From Raillietiella orientalis (taxonomy: Eukaryota), in the NCBI GenBank assembly GCA_036172245.1, contig JAYWIR010000010.1, forward strand, positions 2,170,001-2,234,000: a stretch of 64,000 nucleotides of DNA, given 5' to 3'. The notes beneath the pieces are model-generated. The model worked only from the letters and a program-made list of their open reading frames with translations, searched no databases and was not told where the DNA came from. Position numbers and translations under genes: made by a program. Numbering within the stretch: position 1 is the stretch's first letter; every line of letters begins with the position of its first letter. This document shows, in pieces, positions 48,621-59,548 of this stretch.

Positions 48621-51600
48621 TCAGGGAGGGAAGGGAAGGCATCACGGTTTCCACCCGCCACGACATCTGCAGTCTGCCTATGATGCTAGCGGTATCCTTC
48701 CTCGTCCGTTCTTCAGGGTGGGGCCATCTCGACACACTGAGGAGACGAAACATTTGGTGATTGCCGGCTCACTCCCCTGAGTGTACTGCGATACCCCTGA
48801 TAACCTCCCTGAGGCAATACGAGAGCTGCTATCGAGATGGTAGGCGAGAGTCCGTTCACGCGCAAAACAGCATCGCAGCGGCTAGCTTCGCGGTGTCCTC
48901 AGGGCACAACAGGCCAGCTGCAAGGCTTTTCCGAACTCAGAGACTGGAAGGGTGCCGCACTCCGGGAAAAAGGGCGGGGGCTCTTCTTTGCGCCTGGCTC
49001 ACTTCGGGAGACGCTTCTCATCTGGCAATTTGTGGCCCTTGTCGAAACGGCAGCACCACTTGACGAGAGAGAGGAACCGTTCCAGGTGCGGGGAGGGATC
49101 GAATAGCTCGCGTGCCTCGCGCAGTGTCTTTTGAACCGCCGGTTCCTCTACAGTGGGCAGCAGCGAGTGACCACGGCCTTCTTGTGCCCGGAAGACTGCC
49201 TTCGGCAGCTTCCTCAGCGGCTGTTTACTCCTCAGGGACCGTAGACGACTTGACGTACTGAGCTGCATCCAATCAGCAGCACCGGAGAACCGTCGTTCGC
49301 TTCATCCCCCCATGGGGAGGGGAGGGAGGTGGTCTCATTTGCACCCCGAAATCAGAGAGCACAGCCCGGACTGCGGGAAGACTATAAGAAAGACATGGAG
49401 CAGAAACCTGATGACCTCCCTTCTCCCTTGTCCCCTGTCCCGGAGACGATGAAGTGGTTTGTGCTTGATGATTCCCCTGTGACAAGTACCGATTAATTTA
49501 TTTCTAACACCCCACAACCCCTCCTCTGCTGCGCGCACCTTTCTCCTAGCTACCTCCCTGCGTAGAGGCGTTTCCTGAATCGTGCCCTGGAGGCACGTTA
49601 AAGAGTGTTTCTTCAAGTTGAACAAACGTTCTGTCATGACCGGGTTTCGAGTAACGGAGAAGGTGAGAAGGCCGAGAGACGGCGAAGTCGTGGGCACAAA
49701 AGTGGGCCCAACTTTTACACTTATCCGTGATTACACCCCTACCTTATATGAAATTCGCAGGGTCCAAAGTAGCGGCATTATTTTAAAATGAGATCTGAAG
49801 AGGTGCTAGATTCTTCTAGGCAACCAGTGACCCTCTGACAGCGCTTTGCAGCTATGCACCCGCTTCACATGTCTTTAATGAGACACAGGTGAACGGCAGT
49901 GCAGACCGAAACGGGAGGGAAAAGATAGCTTCCTTCGATGGCGCTCACGGATTCTGTCGGAAGGACCGAAAGAACTAGTCGCAAGATTCGTTCGAACGAT
50001 GGACCAATGCTGACTTCATGGGTGGCCCCAACGGCGAAATTCAGAGGCGGCAGGATTTCCGGAACCGCGTCCGCCTCAACGTTTCCTCCTCTCGTGACTC
50101 AGACAAAGCGGAATGACGCAGAGCTTTTTCTGAGGTTCTAAAAGAAGTCATATAGAGGAAGACTGGTTCAGCACGAGGCGTGCGATGATCGGGAACATCC
50201 GTGGATGGCTTCAGTCGGCGATCCTCTAGCCAGCCGACACCTTACTGCGCATCATTGTTTTCGAGAGAGCCAGAGAATGGGTAACCAAGAGACAGTGCCG
50301 CCGGAAGCTGCGTGGATAACATGCGTGGAAGATGCGTAGTGTGATTCGGGAAGAAGTCGTCCTGCTTATTCCCGATCACCACTCGGGAAACTCCGGCTCT
50401 CAAGCCAGGAGGCCTACGACCTGGTTCAAAACCGAATCCAAAGGACGACGCGATAAACTCCGAGAGCTGGTGGCGGCCTCAAGGCAACCAATGCCGGGGA
50501 TTCTTCGATCTGGAAACTTCGGCTGGAGTTTCAAGTTGAGTCGTTGCAGTCGATGTTCCCTGACCCCGAGATCTGGTCTCGCCAACAGCCCTTGAGGAGG
50601 CAAGGGAAAGGAAGGAGCATCCGAAAACCACGGACCGGTTACTCTTCCTTTTCCCTCCGGAAGAGCGCCTGCCTCTGTGAGGGCAGTCGTGACGGGACCT
50701 GATCAGCGACGAGATTCAGGAGAATCTCAGAAGCCTCCCTCCCTCCCGCCTACAGACGAACGGAGAGCTCGAAGAAAGAACTGGCGCTCTCCAGCATTCA
50801 GTCCCCTTCCAGATTTTATTTTTTTGCATGCCCTCAAACAAACTCTGCGCGTCACGTTGCATGCATCGTCGGGCAGCCTATTAAGATGGGTCATTCCCAA
50901 CAGAGATGAGGACAGCAAATTCGCTTCCGAAAGCGAGATGGACAGAGTACGGGAGACAGTGGAACGGAACGGAACGGAACATGGTTTGACTCTCGCTTTC
51001 AGCAGGATGCTCCCCTCGGCGAAGAAAGCTTCCGAAAAGAAAAAAAGGAAGATCATCGAAGTGAAACAGCATCTGATGATCTCAGTTCATCATCCTGGAT
51101 ACGCAGATCGGAAGGCACCTGACTTCCCCAGCCAACAGGCGAGGAAGTGCAGTAAGGAGCGGTGTGGTAAAGTCTCCCTTCTGGGTCAGAAGTCCTCACT
51201 GAGGACTTGCGGCTGAAAGAGTGCGTCCTTACCATGTTCCCTTACTTAAAGAGATGCCTACAGAGTCCGAGATCGACAGAGGCCGATGGTCTGCAACTGA
51301 AAAGTATCCTTTCCGATCTGTAGCTCGAAGCCCATCACACTGTCAGCGTATGTTCGTGGGCACGAAGTAATTATCCAAGAACGATAAGAAGATAGCATCA
51401 AAGGAAAGATCAATGATTAGTGGATGATGCTCTAAGATGACGAAGTAACCAAAGCCCGAGGTCGAAGAATTTATATTGAGTGACTACGGAAAGGCGTTAG
51501 CACAACTATCTGAGGGGGCCTGAACGCTGGAGGACAAGCGAGAGAAGGTCTTCACGGGGTCCGTGTTGCCGAATGGCGAGACGTCACTAGCCAAAGTAGC

Positions 51601-54600
51601 AGCGGCGAAGTTTTGAAAACTTCTCTTCTCAGAAACCTAAAGTACTTTTGACGTGATCCTGGGATCTGGGAAATTCTAAAAACGCTGTGGTGCCACTTCT
51701 GAGATGTTCTGAAATATGGCGAGATCAGGCATCTGATGTGTCCGCATAGGCGTCGTGAAAATCGTATCCCTCATTTAGCAAGTTGCTTCCTGAGAGTTTT
51801 ATCTGGAATGTTACTCGGATTGCAGCACAGTCTTTTGGAGGAACACAGATAAGAGCCTCGTGAAAGACGTTAACGAGTTGTTTGCTGCAAAGAACGAACG
51901 GAACGATAAACAGAAAGGATTCGGAGCTGCAGTTCTTCCTGGACCGAAAGATCGGTAACTGCTGGTCGTTGTCCTGCATGCTTTGTGTCGGAGAAATCGA
52001 CTCCGTGAAGAACATAAGCGGCATCTCTTCTGTTGGGGATGGAAGCACCGAAACTCCGTGCTGCCTGTGCAAGTCGATGCCGCTCAGACTTTGCACTTTG
52101 CAGCCGCCCTTGCATTTCCACAAAAACGGGCTTGCCGCAGACTCCCACGCTCCTCAGTGATCTTCGTTGAGTTTGATCGATATTACAAAAAGGATCTCGA
52201 AATTTGTAGCGTTAACGGGGCGCTTGTAGCGAGCACTGCTTTCTTACAGTGAGAGTTCCGTCACGAAATGCAAACGGAGTTTAGATAAAATGCCTGGAGG
52301 CTACTTCTCTTCTCAATTGTCCTCCACATGAGACTCCTCCCGTGTGCTTGCAGCATCCCTCTCGTCCTCATCTCTCTTTTTGAGAGGGACCTAGCGCTTA
52401 GAGAATCGCCTCCACATCTCTGCAGATAATCTTTCCAACGATTTTTCGCAATCCTTTTCGTGATCCTGCATCCTGCATTGCACTTTGCGGAAGCTACTGC
52501 CTGCGGGTCGTTCGGTCCATTCGGCTATGCAAGTAAGCACTACTGTTCCTGAGCAGTCGGATTTTGAGACATCCTTCTCTTTGCCTACTGAAATCAATTA
52601 AGAAACCTCTGACACAGGAGACGATCCTGATCCGTTGTCCTGTAATCCTTCATTAGTTGCCGCAGATGGTATGATAGACTGGATTAGATGTTTCAAAGAT
52701 CTGTTCCTCGATTTCTTGCTCAACAGCGGCTGGCATGTTCGCTGTCGCGTAACTTGACTTTGCGCAGAAGGAACGAGACGTCCAAGTCGTTGCCATGGGC
52801 ACGGGTACGAAGAGCAGCTACGGGTCTTCCTTCCTCCCTGTTCCTCCACCCCTTTCGTGCGCACTTTCTTAGCATTGGCTACAGCATCCCCGAGTGATTT
52901 CTTATGTCAGCTTCCCCTCCTACTCTCTGGGGAGAGAAGGGATGTGTGGTTTTGGTCTCTGTCTTCTCCCGCTTGTTCGAGGGATTTATGAGAGTTCAGC
53001 TCCGTTGCAGAAATTTCTTTGGTCAGCCTCCGATGTCGAACGCTGTTCGCCTTCTTGCTCTGCGGACCGAGCTTTGAAGCGCTCCACGGTCCCGCTTTGT
53101 TCCGAAGCATAGGTTGAGTCGGATTGGCGACTGCTGACGAGACCTTCCGACCCCTGAATCCAAACGTCTTTCTCTGAACGTGATTTGATTTCAAGGGAAG
53201 ATTCGTCTTTCTTGGCAAAAGCCCCCGTCACCTTTTCCGCTGCATGTTTCCGGCTTCGTAGAGGAGGAGGTTTCCATGGTCACACGGGAGCCGCTCGTAA
53301 ACTTCCCCGCGGTATCTGAGATCCAGAGAATCTGTCTAGGGAATCCGATTCGAAATCGAAGAAAAAGAACTCTTCGAACACCAAAGCATTCGGTTGAATT
53401 GCACCATCGTTTGCTTCATTCTTGATGGAAACTGTAGAAGAATCTCCAGGATCCCGTCCGAACACGACTAGCAGAGCAAGCGAGTAACGCGCTGGCGTCA
53501 TGAATATGTCTGCAAGTTGACGTTCTCGAACGCATTTGATCTGGCGTCCTGAGAGAGTCCACTGGGCACCCGAAAATCTCAAAACGCCTTCGTTTTAAGC
53601 TGCATTCTGCTCTAGTTGATGGATTGCTCCAAGCTTTCCAAGGTGTTTGATGAGCACCAGCTGGTCACTGAGGTTTCATCACATGTTGTCCCTTGTGTTT
53701 TGCCTCTTCGCAGGCTAAGACTTCCTCCTCAAGGTAAGACGAACTCCGCCTCGAATTTTCTCAGCGTCGATTGCAGCGTCGGCTTGTCCTCCTCCCTCGG
53801 CCAATAAAGGCGCAGTCTCTCCAGTTCATCTGCGGTAATCGGGGAATTCATCTGTAGTAACCCGACAGAAGTCATGTCGAGCATCTCTTCGCTTGCAAGG
53901 CACGTTGCGTTCTTCGCTTTGCGCTTCTACGACATCGCGCGTCCACCATCGCACCTTTAGTGCCGCAGAAACGTCCTCCTCTCGCTCACCTCAAAGGCTT
54001 GGGTTACATATGGTGGAAACATTCCGGCGTCAGCATGTGTTTAACTCCCATTCGGACATAGCCAACGGAGCCTTCGTGCTGCATTTGCTCGCAACCCTCA
54101 TTGCCTCGGAGAACAGTGTCACACATGGTTGTCTACTTGCAACCTCTGCGAACTGCTTGCTGCAGTGCATGCCGTCGTTTCCGTCTTGGTCCAGCTTTCC
54201 CATTACCTAGCAGCTCACACTACGTGCCCAATACTGTGCCATACATCGGAGAGCCATACATTTTGTTCTTGATTTGATCTGCCCTCGAGGGAGAGATCTC
54301 GAGTTCTTGCGGAATCAGTAGCTTGGAACAAACCAATCTCAGTAGTTGACCCCCACGATCTGGGGCACTACTGTCAGTGCTTGGAGAGATGCCCGTGCTC
54401 TTCTGGAGGAGGATGGGAGAGCCGTTTCACAATGTTTTACCTTGCCGTGCCTCTTCGAACGCTGAAGAACGTTCCCTCTTGCCATAGAAGAAGGTAGCAA
54501 GCCTTTCAGGATGATCATAAAACACAAGGTCTTGCTCGAGCTTTGGGCAAGAACTACTGAAATTGGTTTGTTCCAAGCCTCCATTGCCCCTGCATCTTAC

Positions 54601-55091
54601 TTGGTCTACCAGCATTGCATTCCTAATTCATGAAACCCGATACCGCTGGTTTCTTATGATCTGCAGCGTCTCATCCCACACCATTCGTCTTCTGCACAGA
54701 TGATCGGGACCTTTCAGTAGGAGGGAGGGTGCTTATGGGAATAAGGTGGATGTGAGCAGGATGAATGAATCGGTAGTCAGAGAACAGCAAGAAGTCTCAA
54801 AATGACTTGATCCACTCGGAGCGTGACCTTCTCTTGACCTACATCAACTGTTTTCACTGTTTTCTAGGAGTGCTAAGTGACCAACCTCTTTGTGTACAAA
54901 CCCCGTCAGTTGCGTGTAATTGGAACCTTTCCTACACGTGCTGTTTGACTGCAGTGTCCCTCCCCTTCCCCTACCCTCATACCCGGCTCCCACTCCCACA
55001 CATACTCCCCCAGAGAATGGTTGCGACTTGAGACGATCGGGACAAGCTTCCGTCCCCCCCCCCCCGTGAAGCCATCGGCATAACCGCCTCA

Positions 55092-55883
55092 GTTGACTGA
55101 TGCTGTGACCTCGATTGCCCCACCTAAGGGACTTTTGCTCTGAAATGGGGTACTAGAGATTCCCCAGGAAGACCTCGAGTGGTCTCCAGCGCTCCTGAAC
55201 AACCGCACTCCCTGCACAGAGAGAGTGCGGGGGGTCGGCGACCCTGATGTTGCACTGGGGACTCCCGTGCAGCACCCTCCGACGTCACTGGACACGGGGG
55301 TGATGGGTGAACCCGAACTGCTTGTGGACTTCCCTCGCATGCTTGTGGATTGTACTGCCTTCCGGCTCCTGTGGAGAGGTTTTGCTATGACCCTGCGGAC
55401 CTCCGACGGCAACCCCAGAGACGTTTTGAAACGTCTCTTCGTACGCGGTACCCCACCGCCAGCCGCATCCCTAGCAGCTCTTTGCTGTTTACGCGGGATC
55501 GTGTCTGCCTGGAGAGCAGCTGAAAGAGGAGAGAGAGATAGGGACGCCATCCATTATGCGGTCCGTTTCTTGAGGATAGTAACGAGGTGGCCCCACCTGG
55601 GAAGCATGCATCGGATGGATGTCGAGCACACCCCAAAGCAGATAGTATCCCTTCCCGAACCCTCCAAAATTTCTTTTATTTATTTTTATCTAATTTTCCT
55701 TACTTAATTTCATTTTTTTCCTTTTTGCTCCCCTCTGCTCTGTTATCAAGGCGATCCACGCCGGTCTGCGTACCAGTTTTCGGCAGATTCTTTGATCAGT
55801 GGACGTGGTAGGGACGACAGTCCTACTACTGCCTTTGTACGTTTATTGGTTGCAATAAACGCCCCAGAGCAGCCGGATGGGAA
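55092..55883 (+). mobile_element. 5'-truncated Tx1/L1-like 3' end with perfect 15-bp TSD
   Basis: MLVDCTAFRLLW..AASLAALCCLRGIV..WPHL; AATAAA at 55854. GGCATAACCGCCTCA at 55077-55091 and 55884-55898. Confidence 0.88.
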
Positions 55884-55898
55884 GGCATAACCGCCTCA

Positions 55899-56170
55899 AC
55901 TCTTAGCAAGTGGACAGATGGCACCTCCTGGACGGAGGGTGGAGGAGGGCGTCTCCAAACAGAGAGCAAGCAGGCTGCAGAACAAAATGCTGTGCAGCTT
56001 CCTCTCCCTTCCTTTCATCTGTTTATTTTCATTTACTTATTTATTCACTGCCCTCTCCCTTTCACCGTCCTCCCTGGAGCCGGTCTGCAGCAGGTCACCC
56101 AAGTACGGATATTCATTTTCCAGTACAGGAGCTTCCGGCGTGGCTGGATGAGTGGAACCAGAAACTCTTT
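55899..56170 (+). mobile_element. Older related LINE 3'-end fragment
   Basis: Similar ORF end, pyrimidine tract and CCGGTCTGC motif as the other copies. Confidence 0.45.
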
Positions 56171-56349
56171 GTTACAAAGTAATTGGCGAGTAATTGCCGT
56201 TCAGCTCCGTGAATTGACGCATGCGTGGAAAACCGGATGGCAACTGCGTAGTCTCGTGTAGCAGAATACGATCGCTTGTGCTGAAATTAGGGAACCGTAG
56301 GGGGGGGGGGAAGGGCGCAGAAACGCAAGGGTGGAAACGCTTCCGGTTC

Positions 56350-57480
56350 AGAGAATCGCCGCAAATTAACAAAAGCTCACAACTCCCTCGGAAGGCTCCG
56401 CCGTCGCACAGCTGGCGACTTCGAAATCCCCTCGGAGCGCCATCGGCAAGCGAGTGGGTCCAATCTCCCCAGGCTTCACGAAAAGCGAAAGTGCGTCTCA
56501 CTGAATCCTTCCATCCCTCTTCAGACCGATCCTCGCCTCGGATTCCCTCTGCACGCGCCTTGCCGCTCGCCGCGAAGGCATCTCCGCAGAAAGCGCCCTC
56601 TCAGGTGGCCACGCCGTTCTCAGCACGTTCGTGGTGCCTCCTGGCTGGGAAGGACCGGGAGTTTGCAGGTTTCCAACTTGACATCCGATCCAGCTGGATG
56701 GGAACGGCCCTCCCAATGAGAAAGAGGGGAATCGAAGTTTCTCGTAAACCCGGAATTTTTTCAAGACGTGAAACCCAGATGAGTGCAAGCCGCCATGCCC
56801 TCGTCGGAGCTCGTGTGGTCACGGCGTCCTCGAGCGGCGCCTCGTGTCGCGGGTTCGAATGCTCGCGAGGGTGGCGCCGAGTTGGATGCGGCGTGGGTGT
56901 CGAGCCTCCACAGGATGACTCCGAGATGGCTCCAGGCTTCGGATGTACACCAGTAGGACATTCTCGCGCCCGCCGCCGGATATCCCGTTGACCAGCCGGG
57001 AATTAGGAGAGGACCCTTGGGAGTCCTCCTCACCCGAAGAAATCCAGTGTGGGTTCCCTTTGGGTCCTTCCTCCCCTCTTCACGAGCACCATGCGTATGC
57101 GACAACGGGAGCGTTGCGAGCCTCCCATGTGACAGCATTGTCTGGGAGCACCAGTGGTGTCCTCCCCCCGTGGGGTGGAGCAACGGTTATTGACTGCCTT
57201 CCGGCACAAAGGGCCATTCACGCCGGCAATCAGGATTGACGAGCCGAGGGTGGTAAGGAATTCGACGAGCCAGGTTACTTCCTGGAAGGTGTAACTTCCT
57301 GGAAGCTGGATGCACACGCATCCTGACGTTGCTTTCGAAAAAAACAACACTGCTGCCCTGAGGATTCAACCCGTCACCTTGGATTCTTGCCAAACTTCTT
57401 GCAGATGTGCAAGATGCGGATTCTCGGTTGCTTCATCCCGAAAGAGCCCGATGCTCAGCACAAGGCATGAGTGCTCCTGA
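56350..57480 (-). mobile_element. Degenerate LINE ORF1-like remnant
   Basis: CVCIQLPGSYTFQEVTWLVEFL (RRM-like) and a decayed C..GH knuckle near 56600-56640. Confidence 0.3.
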
Positions 57481-58379
57481 GGACACTTTGTGGCGAGGGT
57501 CAGGAGCTGCCCAAGCGGCCCAACTTGCCACGTGAGACCACATGCGGGGCATGTTTTCCGAACACGGGTCTCCGTGGATGGGCGCCTTGGGACCGGTCCA
57601 CACTTTTTTTTTTACCGGAAGCCTATTAATAGACTTTTTGATGGCAACGCCTATCGACCGACAGCTATTATTAGACTTTTCGGTTGTCGAAATATTAAAA
57701 AAAAGTGTTAATAATTTTGATAATTATATGTTATGATTTAACGTCATATAACATAAGATGTTCTTGTCATATATTACATGACAATATTGTTAAGGTATAA
57801 ATAGGCACTTATGCCCCCAAAAATAGCCAAAACTGGGCCGGTACTGGCGACTCATCGGGCCCAACCGAGTTGGTTGTTCGTGAGTGGCGACCTCAAGCAT
57901 GAGCTAAGTGATGGATAAGGAAGGGGGGGGGGGGGGGGGGGGAACCAGCCCCAGTGCTTCTTAAGGCAGTGGGACAGGAAAATGTTCCCGACAGTGTTGC
58001 CCCAAAGAGTGCGCTACTCCTCACGTACTTGGTCCAGAGCCTGGGCGGCGGCATTATCCGAATGCGGAGGAGTTTGGTCTCACAAGGCTCGAGACCCAGC
58101 TGCCCTACTCAGATCTGTTCCCGGAATGCACTTCTTTCGAGGATAAATCCAAGCGCCCATTATCGCTTGGATTTCAATTTCTCTGGTTAATCCGAATTTC
58201 ACAGTAATGTGGAAATCCTTCCGGGTTCTTCTGCTTCACTGCTTTCCCTCCAGCTTTTTTCTTTTTCTTTTTTTTGGGGGAGGGTTGTCTTGTTTTTGGT
58301 TGGCAAAAGGGGGGCTCGCGAAGGTCTCTTTGGCACTACCCACGCCACCCGAATGTGCGTGTGACCCTTCAAGTTATAG

Positions 58380-59300
58380 GGACCACCTTGTGAATCCAGG
58401 AAGGAGTCCTTTCCTCTTACGCTTGGGAGGGAGCCCCCAAGGGAACCTCTTCCTTATACTCTCCGGGAGGCCCCTAGTGGGGACCACTACTCATTTCTCC
58501 TCCAGAGGGACCCCCTGGAAAAGATCCTCTTCCTGTTTCCTCCTCTGAAGAGATCCCTGAAGGGAGTACTTCCAAATTTCTCTGAAGGGAACAGCGCATC
58601 TTGACACTCTGGAGAGACAACCCCCGAGGGGGGATGGTAAGCGACAAAGGATTCCCTCGGAGGTGGGGAACGGCTCCAGTTTCTCAACCGGAGGAGAATC
58701 CCGAAGGAATCGACTCTTCCTGGAAAGACCCTGGAGGGTCAGCTTCCGAATACCGGCCACCCAACGAGGTTATCCGAGTTCCACCAGTCCCGCACCCGCA
58801 ACACAGTCTACTAGGAGGAGCGAAAATCCCTCCAGCACCTCCTAGTGGACTGTTGCCCTCCGGATTCTTTGGAGGCGCTTTGCCGCGACCCTTAAACCCC
58901 CGGCGGTAACGTCAGAGACATTTTAAAGAGCCTCTTCCTGCGAGACGCCCTCACTCCGGCCGCATCCCTAGCAGCACTTTGCTGCCCACACAGCGGGACC
59001 GTGGCTGCATGGAGCAACGCCAGAGGAGGCCAGAACGACAGGGACGCCATCTATTGTGCTGTCCTCTTCATGAGGACAGCGTCAAGATGGGCCCATCTGG
59101 GAGTCTTGAAACAGGAACTTGACGGCATCCTTACAAAGATGCAGAGGACACCCTCCAGCACTCAGTGATCCCTTTCCGAAGCCGCCTTCCCCCCATTTTT
59201 TGACTGTATGTTTTTTGTTCTTTTTCTTTTTGTTTGCCTCTCCTTCCCCTGTGCTGCCGAGGCGAAACCCGCTGGCCTGCGTGCCAGTTCCCGGCAAGTC
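58380..59300 (+). mobile_element. Tx1-like 5'UTR joined directly to the ORF2 3' end
   Basis: 58380-58800 aligns with 23700-23335 on the minus strand (e.g. CACTCTGGAGAGRCAACCCC, TTCCACCAGTSCCGCACCCG). 58815-59300 is the zinc-finger/3'UTR end. Confidence 0.75.
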
Positions 59301-59478
59301 CCTTCCCTCAGTCACAAGTAACGTGGCAGGATCAAACGTCCTGCCACAGACGCTCCGGCGTGACCGGATGTCAACCAGTGCTACCGCACCCAAAGTCAAC
59401 CGAGGCCAACCAGCGCCATTTTGCGGGGGGGGGGTTCGAAACCCACGACGCACCCTTCGTTCTTGGCGTCGATCCTCC

Positions 59479-59548
59479 ACGTGGGGATTCGAACCCGCAG
59501 TGCTTGGCACCCCGCGCGGAGACCGCAGCAGCCACACGGTCGCCACGT
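59479..59548 (-). other. tRNA-like sequence (tRNA-derived SINE head or tRNA pseudogene)
   Basis: Minus strand: ACGTGG...CCACGT acceptor-like stem, GACCG/CGGTC arm, GTGC/GCAC arm, B-box GGGTTCGAATCCC. No canonical anticodon arm. Confidence 0.55.
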
